DNA of 64,000 bases from an uncultured Gemmatimonadales bacterium. GTDB taxonomy: Bacteria > Gemmatimonadota > Gemmatimonadetes > Gemmatimonadales > GWC2-71-9. Numbering within the stretch: position 1 is the first letter of the stretch; each line of letters begins with the position of its first letter. The position numbers and the translations under genes are program-made. The stretch is from contig CAWJIM010000024.1 in NCBI GenBank assembly GCA_963842945.1, positions 1-64,000 on the forward strand, given 5' to 3'. Of the stretch, positions 1 through 9,768 are shown one piece after another. The notes below the pieces were generated by a model, which saw only the letters and a list, made by a program, of their open reading frames with translations, ran no database searches and was not told where the DNA came from.

Positions 1-723
1 CCGTCCTACCCGACGCCCCGAAACAGGCACAACACCCCACCGGCATGTGCTCACGCTGCCTGCCACTCAATAACGAACGCTGCGGCGCCTTCACGTTGTA
101 TGTATTGCGCAGCCCGCCACTGTCCCGTACCAGCGCCAAGCCCATCATCAGGTTACTGGGTGCACAGTGAAAACATCGTGAATCATGCTTTTGCCGGATG
201 AAGCCCCGGACCAACCGGGCTGGTCCGGGAACACGGGATGGCACTATGAACCGTCGTGGCTTTGCACGCTCCAATCGGCTCTACTCAATGGCACGCAGGA
301 ACGGGACTAGGCACAAAGCCCCTGGCACGCGCCTCGTCCACGCTCTTGAAGTACAGCAACTCGGTAGACTGAAGCGCTACCCGGCAGCTGCTGCGAAAGT
401 AGAATCGCCCGCCGGGAACGGCGGCCCAGGGATGCTCACGTCGAAATGGGCTTATATATGGCGTCTGTCTGTCGCAAGCCCCTCACTAGAGAGACTGCGG
501 CTGCACATAGGCGTCGCGCCAGATCATCGTAGTATCGCTCTCTGGACGTTAACTGATCGTCCGACCTGGAGAACTCCGAGCAGGCAGGCTTCTCCAGGAT
601 GTGCTGTAGGCCGGCTTGGCGAGTGGAAGGGCAACAAAAGCCTCCAACGGTCCAGGAGGCTTACGGTATAAGGCTTCAGACTCTGCGCCCACAGATAGGA
701 CTGATGGTCCTTCCACGGACGCT

Positions 724-1182
724 TCATGACTGAAGGCCACATACCAATTCAAGCGCAAGCTTATTCCTACCCCCGGGGCTCCACCACTCAGGCGTAACAT
801 TGTCGTACTTCTTCGGCTGTTGCACGCCATTAAGTGCAGCAACCCGCAGGGGACCATCGGCGTAAGCGTGGCCAATCGAGGCTCCGCTCCGAACCCTGCG
901 TCGTGGACAGTCAAAGTCGTGGTAGCCGATCCACCAACCGTTGTCGGTTGTTTCCCTGATCCAAGCGCGATACTGACCGGAACCGATCGACTCAATAGAG
1001 GGGACCAACAGCTCAGTGGTGCGTTCGCCGTCTATCTCGACGACTTGCCAACCGCTCCACTCGTTCTCTCCGGGGGGAAGGACTTCATAGTGGCGATTGA
1101 CACCCTTGGCGGTGGTCTGCGACCACCCCGGCGTCAGGGCGGAGAGGGACAGAAGGGCGGTCATGGCGAGACTGTTTCGCAT
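724..1182 (-). CDS. Secreted hypothetical protein, possibly surface-adhesin E-like fold
   Basis: 152 aa ORF with signal-peptide-like N-terminus; W..RE...DFDC.RRR...W..PG....LELVC pattern with two Cys resembles surface-adhesin E family proteins (by eye). Confidence 0.5.
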   Translation of the reverse strand: MRNSLAMTALLSLSALTPGWSQTTAKGVNRHYEVLPPGENEWSGWQVVEIDGERTTELLVPSIESIGSGQYRAWIRETTDNGWWIGYHDFDCPRRRVRSGASIGHAYADGPLRVAALNGVQQPKKYDNVTPEWWSPGGRNKLALELVCGLQS

Positions 1183-1271
1183 ATTGGGGCCTCATTGGAG
1201 TACGAGGGACAAGCCGTTCATCTGGCCGGGCATTCACCCCCGTTAGGCCATTCGATCAGCTGTCCGCAACG

Positions 1272-1445
1272 CCGGTCAAGGTGGAGATTGCCAGCGACTG
1301 GCTCAGGCGTGCAGAGAAACTAGCTGGGCTCGATCCGCTCCCGCGAGGCATCTGGCACCCATTCCGGCGACGGTGGGCCACAGAGCGGAAGCACATGAGC
1401 TTAAAAGACGTTGCCGCTGTGGGTGGTTGTACGGCAACACCTTAG
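1272..1445 (+). pseudogene. Tyrosine recombinase/integrase C-terminal remnant
   Basis: Manual translation PVKVEIASDWLRRAEKLAGLDPLPRGIWHPFRRRWATERKHMSLKDVAAVGGCTATP*: box II HxxR motif and following helix; stops before the catalytic Tyr; no N-terminal part. Confidence 0.75.
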
Positions 1446-1461
1446 CTGCATTAGAAACATC

Positions 1462-1486
1462 GGGCCTCGCCGTTGTGGCGGGGCCC
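1462..1486. other. GC-rich hairpin after the integrase remnant
   Basis: gggcctcgcc-gttgt-ggcggggccc, 10-bp stem with one G-U pair; no clear U-tract. Confidence 0.4.
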
Positions 1487-1635
1487 AATGTCTCTCCTAA
1501 TGTCCCCACTTCCTTTGTAGGAACCACAAATGAAAGAACACGGATGCGCTCTAAGTCTAGCGGAGGCAGGGTGTACGCCTAACATTAAACTGCAAAGAGT
1601 GCCAAACATCGAGTTTTATTTGGAGTCGCGAGTTC

Positions 1636-2703
1636 ATGCGAGTTCTTGCTTTCGGGCTTCTAGTCGTCAGGCTTCTCGTTGATCAGCAGCTTACTGCACA
1701 AGTAAGCGAGTGTGGAAACTTCAGCTCAAAATCAAAGGGTGCAGTTGACCGGACCTTAGAAGGCGGCTTTGCGACATACAGCCTGCCCTCGGAAGCGAGC
1801 GCTTCGATTTTGATAGATCTTCGTACCCGGTCATCGACGAGTGATACCGTATTCATCGTTTCGCTCCATCAGGACAAGGGTGCGATCTCGCAAGGAGCCT
1901 CTTACCGGATTGCAGATATGAGTGATAGATCCGGCTCAGACTTCACCGGCGCGTACCTCGAATCCTCACGGCTGATCTCAACAGCAGCGTCCATACGATC
2001 GTGGGAATCCAGGTCGGGGACGCTAAAGATCATTTCGCAAACGGCCCGAGACCTACAAGGTGAGTTCCGTTTCGAGTCAATGGGCTGGGGACCAACGTCC
2101 GGTCAGAAACTAAAAGTTGAGGGCACGTTCAGAGCTGTGTTGAACAGTGAACGTTGTAAGCAACTCGCGCGGGCTGCGAAGGTCTTGCCGCCACCTCCTG
2201 AACCTAAGGAGTACTCGTTTGCTGGCACAAAATGGGGGGAGGACAGCGCAACCGTAGCAGAAAAGTTGGATTTGATCGGTTTTAGATTTGAGCTCGCAAC
2301 GGACCCAGAGGAGCATGTTTATAGAGGATCGCTCATAGGCAATCCAGCCATAGCCTACGTTGGGTTTGTCGATGGAGGTGTAGCGGACGTGACTGTGGCT
2401 ATCGAATCAAAGGAGGGTCGCAGCAAGACTCTCTACGATGAGTTAAAGAAGACATTAATCGATAAGTATGGTGAACCGAAGGAGGACCTGGAGGACTATA
2501 CGTGGCCGTTCAAGTCTGGCGATAAGTACGAAGACCTCGCGATCACATCTGGGAAGGCAACAATCGGTGCCTCATGGGAGGACTCCGGGTCACAGCTCCG
2601 TCTTGTACTCACAGAAACACATTGGGTCGCGGTGCGGTACGCTTCTGCGAAGGGAGTTGCACGTGCTGTGAAGCGCAAAGCCAAGAGCCTGCAGCCGTTC
2701 TAA
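1636..2703 (+). CDS. Exported two-domain hypothetical protein
   Basis: 355 aa ORF, hydrophobic N-terminus, PPPPEP linker, C-terminal domain with F.G.KWG and KYGEP motifs; visibly more AT-rich than core genes. Confidence 0.7.
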   Translation: MRVLAFGLLVVRLLVDQQLTAQVSECGNFSSKSKGAVDRTLEGGFATYSLPSEASASILIDLRTRSSTSDTVFIVSLHQDKGAISQGASYRIADMSDRSGSDFTGAYLESSRLISTAASIRSWESRSGTLKIISQTARDLQGEFRFESMGWGPTSGQKLKVEGTFRAVLNSERCKQLARAAKVLPPPPEPKEYSFAGTKWGEDSATVAEKLDLIGFRFELATDPEEHVYRGSLIGNPAIAYVGFVDGGVADVTVAIESKEGRSKTLYDELKKTLIDKYGEPKEDLEDYTWPFKSGDKYEDLAITSGKATIGASWEDSGSQLRLVLTETHWVAVRYASAKGVARAVKRKAKSLQPF

Positions 2704-2953
2704 ACCATTGTGGCTCATCCGCGGCGGTGGTGTCATTGAAGGAGCAAATCTTCCTCAACGCCTCGTAAAGTCCCGTCAACGTAGATGACTAGAGTTCATC
2801 GTTGAGGCTTGCGAGCCTCTAATCACCGTCTGTTACGCTGAGGAAAGCTCGTATACATCATTTGTCGGATGTAGTAGCTTACCAGCGGAGGGCATAATAG
2901 AACCCACCCGCGAAGTACCACTCAAAGTCTCTGAAGGCCCCGTCCGCGTTGAA

Positions 2954-3758
2954 ATGGGCCCAGTCTCCCGGATCGTTGACGGTCCCAACAACCTGTCCTG
3001 GACCGAGGACTGGACCGGCTCCGGCTGGGTCAGAGGCACCACCTCCGTCCGGGACGTGATGCGGGGCTCCAAGCTCTCACCCAAAGAGCTGGCCGAGCTC
3101 GGTATCCCGCCGGACGAATACCCCTCGGACGACGTACCCTCGGACGACGTACCCCCGGACGAACTACCCCCGGACACATCCCCGATGCCTTCGGAGTCCC
3201 TGCCTCATATTTCTGAACAGGCACAGCTGCTTGCCGCTCTCCAGTTTGCTGCTCACAAACATCGAGCTCAGCGGCGCAAGGATGTGGACGCGTCACCGTA
3301 TATCAATCATCCCATTGAAGTGGCGACCATTCTGGCAACCCGAGGTGGAATCACGGATCCCCCTACCCCTCATAGCAGCAGTCCTGCACGATACGATCGA
3401 AGACACCGAGACTTCCCCCGAAGAACTCGAGGCCCGATTCGGACCGGAAGTGCGCGCGCTGGTGCTTGAGGTTACTGACGACAAGGACCTGCCCAAGGCC
3501 GAGCGGAAGCGGCTCCAGATTCAACATGCGCCGCTTCGATCCGTGAAAGCCAAGACCATCAAGCTCGGAGATAAGATCGCCAACGTGCGGGACGTCACGA
3601 ATACCCCGCCCGAGGCGTGGAGTCTGGAAAGGCGTCGGGAGTATCTCGACTGGACCAGCCAGGTTGTGCAGGGCTGTCGCGGATCCAACCCGGCTCTTGA
3701 GAGTTACTACGATGAGGTGCTACAGACCGATCATGCCGCACTTGAGGCGGCGCAATGA
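2954..3758 (+). CDS. HD-domain small alarmone hydrolase (MESH1/HDDC3-like) with N-terminal extension; one indel near 3360-3370
   Basis: Joined frames give [52 protein letters not shown]; break lies in C-runs; alternative start ATG 3185. Confidence 0.85.
3107..3181 (+). repeat. 15-bp coding tandem repeat, 5 imperfect copies ([25 protein letters not shown])
   Basis: ccgccggacgaatac ccctcggacgacgta ccctcggacgacgta cccccggacgaacta cccccggacacatcc. Confidence 0.85.
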
Positions 3759-4047
3759 ACGTGTACCCCTCGCATCCCCCAGTTCCGGCAGGACTAGGCA
3801 GGACTACTACATAGCCCACGGTCCGAAGGATTTGAACGCTGTATGAGCGGACGCGGGAGGTGACTACCTACATCGAGGCCGACGCCGTCCCGCTCTCAGT
3901 GCTGGTGGGCGAGCCCGTGGTGTTTGCGGATGGTTAAGTAGACATTCCAGCCGATTTGCGACACGCGCCCTCGACCTTCGTCTATCTGGTGGTGTACTTA
4001 CCTTCTTGCCATCATGATCTCCCCTGTTACACGCTGCCTCAACGACA

Positions 4048-4471
4048 ATGCCAAAGACCCATCTGACACAAGGCGAACGCGCCTACGAACAGCCCGAGGC
4101 CTGGGAGCATCAGGTCGAATGGATGCACGAGCGGTGCATCAAGGCAGGCAACGAGATCCTGACTGGTTACATGTCCGAGCACGATGCGAGCTACGTCTTG
4201 GGAGCGATTGCCGTGCGTCTGTTTTTCGAGGGTGTGCGGGTCGTTGACCCGTGGCGACACGACACTAAACCTCTTCGACCTGCTCGATGATTGCAGGCTC
4301 TTCGCCCGCACCAGCTTCGGCTGGAGCAAGGCAGCGAGGGAGCGCCGGCGCATAGCCCTCGATTTGAGCTGCCCTACAGTTGACTGGACCAGTGGGCTGC
4401 TTGACTTCGCCTTAGCGGTCGTGGAGGGAGAATCGCCACAGAAGTCCCCACAGTTCCCCAGAACGATTTAA
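4048..4471 (+). CDS. Hypothetical protein, possibly ORFs 4048-4290 and 4184-4471 joined by an indel near 4245
   Basis: Both parts read as protein-like helical sequence; no recognised family. Confidence 0.35.
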
Positions 4472-4531
4472 AACCCGGCCAGTCGCGGCCGTCTGCCTTC
4501 GGAATCGACTCACACTCGAGAGGGGTCGTTT

Positions 4532-5387
4532 ATGCGTCCTCGCAACCAACGTCTGTCCCTCATGTGGTTGTTCGCCACCTGGACTCTGACGCTTCTAGCC
4601 TGCGAGACTGCAACTCGACCGACTAGCACGGATGCCTCTGGAGGTGCGGATCCTAGCGGAATAGACGCTGCTGAAGATGCTGCCCCCAATGGGATCGACG
4701 CCCTCACGGCTGCGACGGTTAACCATGCCCTCAAGTTCAGCTCGAGCTATGTCCGCGTTCCCGATAACAACCTGCTCGACTTGACCAGCACTTGGACGCT
4801 GGAGGCTTGGGTCAAGCCGGTCGATGCCAGTACGGGAGCCGACCAGGACATCATCTCCAAGTGGGCTAACATCGCCACCGCCTCCTACATTCTCCAGATC
4901 GACGTTACGGGTAAGTTGCGCCTCGTCACCGCCAACGGCGCGAGGGTGCGCGTCATTCTCTCCAATGGCAGACTCGGCGACCAGACGTGGCACCATGTGG
5001 CGGTCACCTTCAGCAACGGGACTGTCAGGCTCTACCTGAACGGCGCTCTTGATAGGACCGTCACGGGAGTGTTGACACCGCAGGCGTCGACCGAACCTGT
5101 CGCTTTCGGCCGGGAGGGCACTTATACCGGCGGCACGTTCGGCGGGAGTATCTGACGAGATCCGAATCTGGAAAGCAGTGCGCTCCAGCTCGCAGATCGC
5201 TCGTTCCCTTACAAAACGGCTCCTAGGAACTGAAACGGGGCTTGTGGGCTACTGGCGTCTTGACGAGGGCAGTGGGCAGGTGGCAGGCGATGCAACCGGG
5301 CACGGCCTAACTGGTCGCCTTGGGGAGACCACGGGAGCCGACGCCTGGGACCCGAGCTGGACCACAACCGCCGCGCCGGTGTACTAA
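4532..5387 (+). CDS. LamG-like jellyroll (ConA-like) lipoprotein; indel near 5150
   Basis: Lipobox LLAC; WTLEAWVK, WHHVAVTF, LYLNG, then DEIRIW..VRS and LVGYWRLDEG in the next frame; GAGAGGGG SD. Confidence 0.85.
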
Positions 5388-5428
5388 CCTAAGCTGGGAG
5401 GCTCTTGGAGGTCGATTGATTAGGTCTA

Positions 5429-5502
5429 TGGGCCCTCTGGGATTCGAACCCAGGACCTACGGATTATGAGTCCGCTGCTCTAACCGACTGAGCTAAGGGC
5501 CC
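5429..5502 (-). tRNA. tRNA with CAT anticodon, most likely tRNA-Ile2 (lysidine type); CCA not encoded
   Basis: GGGCCCTTAGCTCAGTCGGTTAGAGCAGCGGACTCATAATCCGTAGGTCCTGGGTTCGAATCCCAGAGGGCCCA folds as a cloverleaf; resembles ileX-type tRNAs and lacks initiator features. Confidence 0.92.
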
Positions 5503-5552
5503 GAGGGCCGAAAAATCGGCTCGCGGCGCAGCCGGCACAACCCTGAGTTGGA

Positions 5553-5927
5553 TCAGGAACCGACTTCCTGGGGGGGCGAGATGAGATTGCGCACCGCTCC
5601 GACCAGCTCGCCAGTAGTGAAGGGTTTCTGCAGGAAGCGGTTGGCCATGTCCCCTTGAGGCTTCTCGTAGGCCGAGATGTAGAGCACCGGCGGCGGTGAC
5701 GGCAGCTTCCCCACCTCCAGCGCAAAGGCGTGGCCGCCCATTCCCGGCATCACCAGGTCGGTCACCACCAGCGCAAACTTCCGTCGGGTGGTCCGGATCA
5801 GGTCGAGCGCCTGCTCACCGTCGTTGGCCAGCATCACCCGAAATCCCGCCTCGGAGAGTGCCCGCTCCATGAAGCGGCGCGCGATGGCCTCGTCGTCAAC
5901 TACGAGAATATTCTGCTGCATGGCCAA
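5553..5927 (-). CDS. Single-domain response regulator (CheY-like receiver)
   Basis: ILVVDDE, VVTDLVMPGMGG, ISAY, FLQKPF. Confidence 0.92.
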   Translation of the reverse strand: MAMQQNILVVDDEAIARRFMERALSEAGFRVMLANDGEQALDLIRTTRRKFALVVTDLVMPGMGGHAFALEVGKLPSPPPVLYISAYEKPQGDMANRFLQKPFTTGELVGAVRNLISPPQEVGS

Positions 5928-5999
5928 ACATCACCGGCTCTATTGAGCTTGGCAATGCTGCTGACGTGGAGGGAGGTTTTGCTCGCAGTTGAGACGCGA

Positions 6000-7355
6000 T
6001 CAAGGAGACCACGTCAGATAGGCCCGCATTTCGGGCACCCGCCGAGTGGCGGAAGGCGCATGCGGGTAGTAGCTATGTCGGGTCGCGACCGCCAGATCGC
6101 CGCCCAGGCCAAGCGGGCCCACCAGCGGCAAGGCGGCAGCGGCGCGCACCATAGTGGCGACATGATTCCCGTCGCTTCCGTGCAGGCTGTGAAGCCACAC
6201 CAACCGGCTCTCCACCCGGAGCCACTCGCGCCCGTCGCGCGCAAAAGCGGCACTGAGTCTGGTCCCGGCGCCGGAGCCTAGGTCGTAGTCGCGATGCCAC
6301 TCGAAGCCATAATCCGACGTGATCCCGCCGAACAGCACCCCTTCCAGATGGGCTCCGAGCTCGAGCCGATTGCGTAGCCCCAAGCGGCGCTGATACAGCA
6401 GCGCGCCACTCACGCTTTGCCCCATGACGTCGAAGGCCGAGAGATCGTCGTAGTCGTAATGCTGAAACAAGCCCAGCAGGGTCTGGCTTCCCTTCGATTC
6501 GCCCAGCCGCTTTCGGGCCAGCAGCCCCGAGATCGCGACCTCGCGTACACCTCGAACGCCGGGCTGGGGGCTCACCTGGACCCGGAACTCGAACGCGTCA
6601 TAGGGGCGCACTGTGCCCAGCGAGAACGGGCTTCCGTATCGCACCGCCAGCTCGAAGAAGGGATGACCAAAGCGGCTGCCGAGCGAAAGCGACGAAGCAG
6701 CGTCGGTCGGCTGCATGATGCCGTCTCGACCGGGGCTCGCCAGCGACTGGGTGCGGCCGATGGGACTGAGCGCCAGGGCGCCCAGCTCCCGGGCCACCAC
6801 GGTGGGACCGGGCGCGCGCTTGGATCCGAGAAGCGAGCTGAGCCGGTACATCACCTCACCGATGGCCGAGCCGCCCAAGGTCGTCATGATGAAATCGTTG
6901 AGTGAGGCGGGGATGTTCTCGCCGAAGAGCTCCCAGGTGGCGCTCCCCGCCGCCACGAAGGGAAGCGAGCCAAAAAAACCGAAACCGCTGGCGCGAGCGG
7001 AGCTGTGGTAGAAGCTCCCGTGGTAGGGATGGGCCAGGTTGTTGTCGAGGAAGAGGTCGTTATCCCAGACAAACCCCTTCCGAAGGTTCTGACCCCAGGC
7101 GGCGGTACCCACATTGGCCCAGGGCCAACGTTGCACGTACCAGTCGTAGCCCCAGGTTATAAAGTTGACCGCCGCCACCCCGGCGGCAGCATGCCAGAAG
7201 CTCGGCTTTAAAGGACGGTTTTCCGCGTACGCCTGGGCCCGCGCCGTCGCGGGGCTGGAGGCGCAAAAAAGGACAACGAGGAGGGCAGGTCGGGCGTCGA
7301 GCCGCACGATATAATCTCGAACGTGCCCCGTGGAGCCCGATGTGAGCCGGCCCAC
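6000..7355 (-). CDS. DUF3943-like outer-membrane protein (start uncertain)
   Basis: WDNDLFLDNNLAHPYHGSFY..AR..G and WELFGE..PASLND motifs; amphipathic beta-strand C-terminus ending AYLTWSP. Confidence 0.7.
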   Translation of the reverse strand: MGRLTSGSTGHVRDYIVRLDARPALLVVLFCASSPATARAQAYAENRPLKPSFWHAAAGVAAVNFITWGYDWYVQRWPWANVGTAAWGQNLRKGFVWDNDLFLDNNLAHPYHGSFYHSSARASGFGFFGSLPFVAAGSATWELFGENIPASLNDFIMTTLGGSAIGEVMYRLSSLLGSKRAPGPTVVARELGALALSPIGRTQSLASPGRDGIMQPTDAASSLSLGSRFGHPFFELAVRYGSPFSLGTVRPYDAFEFRVQVSPQPGVRGVREVAISGLLARKRLGESKGSQTLLGLFQHYDYDDLSAFDVMGQSVSGALLYQRRLGLRNRLELGAHLEGVLFGGITSDYGFEWHRDYDLGSGAGTRLSAAFARDGREWLRVESRLVWLHSLHGSDGNHVATMVRAAAALPLVGPLGLGGDLAVATRHSYYPHAPSATRRVPEMRAYLTWSP

Positions 7356-7387
7356 TTTTCTCTTGCTCTATGCAGATCTGAGGTGGA

Positions 7388-8467
7388 TCACCGAGCCGGC
7401 TGGATGACCCGATGGTACAACTCGAGATGCTTGGCCGCCATAGCGGTTTGGGTGAACCGCTCCTGGACCCGCTTTCGTCCGGCCTCCCCCATCATCGCAC
7501 GGCGGCCGCTGTCACGGCTCAGGATCTCCAGAGCCCGCGCGAGGGCGCCGACGTCCCGGAGCGGAACCTCCAGCCCGGTCACGCCGGGAACGTTGACCTC
7601 ACGCACCGCGCTGGGAAGCGCTGTGGTGATCACCGGCCTACCCGCGGCCATGGCCTCGAGTACCACCAACCCGAACATCTCTTCCACCGTCACCGACGGG
7701 AGCACCAGGAAATCCGCATCGGCCATCCGGCGGGGCAGGTCGTCATCCGGATATTCGCCGTACCAGCGGACCCGGTCGGTGATCGCGAGCGCTTGGGCCA
7801 GCGTTCGGAGCCGAGGCCCCTCCGGCCCGGAGCCCACGATGTCGAGCCGCAGATCGGGCACCTGCTCCAGCGCCCGGAGCAGCACGTCCAATCCCTTATA
7901 TGCGACCAGCCGGCCGATAAAGATTGCCCGGGGCGGAGCGCCCGGCGGGGGCGGCGGCACAACCTCCCAGCGAGTCTGGTCGATACCGAACGGGATCACC
8001 TCCACCTTGCTCTCGAACCCGCGCAGTTCGTTGGACAGCGCCAGATGGGCCCGGCTGGGCACCACCACAGCCCGGGCGCGCCTGATCACCAGCCGGGTCA
8101 TGGGGCGGTAGAGTGAGCGCAGTGCGTCGGCGTGCTGAGTGACCACGACCGGCGTGCCACCGGCCCGAAGCAGGCAGGCGAGATCGGCGAGCGGGTGGGG
8201 ATGGTGGAGGTGAATGATGTCGGCCCGCTTCCACGCGGCGGCGATGTACCCGGGCGCGATCTCCTGCGATCCCAGCGCGGCAAAGGAGAAGGCGCGGGTG
8301 ACCCGAGAACGCTGGCGGACCGGAGCACCCTGTCGCCCGATGCTCTCCACCGCCACGACCTCGACATGGTGGCCGAGATTCGCCGCGCCTTCAGCCAGTG
8401 TCTGAACGACGCGCTCCATCCCGCCTGAGCGGGGCCAGTAGTACTTCGCGAGGTGGAGGATTCGCAT
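7388..8467 (-). CDS. Glycosyltransferase family 4
   Basis: KYYWP..GGME, FIGRLVAYKG, EMFGLVVLEAMAAG. Confidence 0.92.
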   Translation of the reverse strand: MRILHLAKYYWPRSGGMERVVQTLAEGAANLGHHVEVVAVESIGRQGAPVRQRSRVTRAFSFAALGSQEIAPGYIAAAWKRADIIHLHHPHPLADLACLLRAGGTPVVVTQHADALRSLYRPMTRLVIRRARAVVVPSRAHLALSNELRGFESKVEVIPFGIDQTRWEVVPPPPPGAPPRAIFIGRLVAYKGLDVLLRALEQVPDLRLDIVGSGPEGPRLRTLAQALAITDRVRWYGEYPDDDLPRRMADADFLVLPSVTVEEMFGLVVLEAMAAGRPVITTALPSAVREVNVPGVTGLEVPLRDVGALARALEILSRDSGRRAMMGEAGRKRVQERFTQTAMAAKHLELYHRVIQPAR

Positions 8468-8491
8468 GGTCGAGTCGGTCTATATTGATGG

Positions 8492-8618
8492 GTCGCGAGT
8501 CACGAGTCGCGAGTCAGGGTCTTGCCCGGTGCCAACCAAATCAGGCGAGTGGCCAATGGAGACCAGAAGCTATCGGCTAGCACCCGCGACTCGCGTCTCA
8601 CGACTCGCGACTCGCGAC
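8492..8618. repeat. Inverted heptamer-array element: (GTCGCGA)x4 - spacer - (TCGCGAC)x5
   Basis: Left arm 8492-8519, right arm 8584-8618, degenerate copies; same family as 40402-40507. Confidence 0.8.
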
Positions 8619-8623
8619 TAAGT

Positions 8624-9734
8624 ATGCGCGCCGTCATCGTATCTCACCTCTACGCCGATCCGGCCAACCGGGCCAAGCTGCGCTGTCTGGCCGGTTTGGG
8701 CGTCAGCCTCGCGGTGGCGGTGCCGGATCGTTGGGCGGCCAACGACCGCCAGATACACGGCACGGTCTGGGGCGACGACACGGGCGTGCGTGTGATTCCG
8801 GTGACGGTACGGGGCCGGATGGCCGAGCCCGACCGGCTTCACTGGAATGCCAAGACGCTCCGTCGTTTGCTCACCGACTTCCGTCCGGACGTGCTGCATA
8901 TTGAGGAAGAGCCCTGGACCCAACCAGCCAGCGTGGCCCTTCGGTTGGCCCGCCGTCTGGGCATCAAGACGGTGCTCTCCACCGCAGAAAGCTTGCCGCA
9001 GAGGCATGGTTTGGGTCAGCGGTTCCGGCGGGAGCGAAGCCTCCGTCTAGCGCAGGGGATCATGGGGGCCAACCGGCTCGCCCTGGGACTCGCGACCAAA
9101 CGCAAGCCGGCCACTCCCAGCCTGGCGCTCCCGCAGATCGGGGTCACCCCACCGGTCACGACTCCCCGGATCCCGCATCAGGGGCTCGCGATCGGATTCG
9201 TCGGCCGGCTGGTGCCCGAGCGGGGGCTCGATCTGCTGTTTCGCGCCTGCGTAGGAATGACCGGCAAATGGACGCTGACCGTCATCGGCACCGGACCCTC
9301 CCAGGAGGAGCTCGAGGCGCTCGCCGAGCGGCTGGGAATCTCCGCCCGAGTGTCGTGGCTGGGTCCCCTGCCGAGGGAATCGGTGGACCAGGTCTGGCCT
9401 CACCTCGACTGCGTGGTGTTTCCCGCGCGGACCACGCCCCGGTGGGTGGCCTCGGCGGCCCGAGGCGCGCTCTACGCCATGGCCAACGGAGTAGCGGTGG
9501 TGGCGAGCGACTCGGGTGCGTTGCCCGAGATTGTGGCGGACACCGGCAAGATCGTCCCCGAGGAGAACGTGCCGGCGCTTGACCACCGCGCTGCAGGAGC
9601 TCTATGCCGACCGGGTCGAGCGCGAGCGCCTCGGTGGCGCGGGCCGGAGGCGAATCATGGACGAGTTCTCCGATTCGGCCATTGCCGCCAAGACCCTCGC
9701 CTTCTGGCGCAGATTAGCGCCTGCAAGCGGTTGA
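8624..9734 (+). CDS. Glycosyltransferase family 4; indel near 9580
   Basis: MRAVIVSHLY start, FVGRLVPERG, AMANGVAVVASDSGALPEIV; C-terminus continues in ORF 9516-9734. Confidence 0.85.
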
Positions 9735-9768
9735 CATCGGGTAACTTACGAGCGAACTTCGACCCCCC

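Noticed and set aside
198..671. 157 aa ORF, a hairpin near 205-229 and several TGGCAC words at the window start
   Set aside because: ORF is Arg-rich and motif-free; the TGGCAC words lack GC at the -12 position; no function can be supported
2753..2807. Possible structured ncRNA (cctcaacg...cgttgagg stem)
   Set aside because: Only a short stem with no recognisable family motif; needs an Rfam/covariance search
2954..2961. ATGGGCCC as the att duplicate of the tRNA 3' end
   Set aside because: An 8-bp match is expected by chance
3107..3181. 15-bp repeat as a CRISPR or iteron array
   Set aside because: No spacers, units are codon-aligned and no cas genes are present
5429..5502. Initiator tRNA-fMet
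   Set aside because: First base pair is G-C and the anticodon stem lacks three consecutive G-C pairs; elongator Met is not fully excluded
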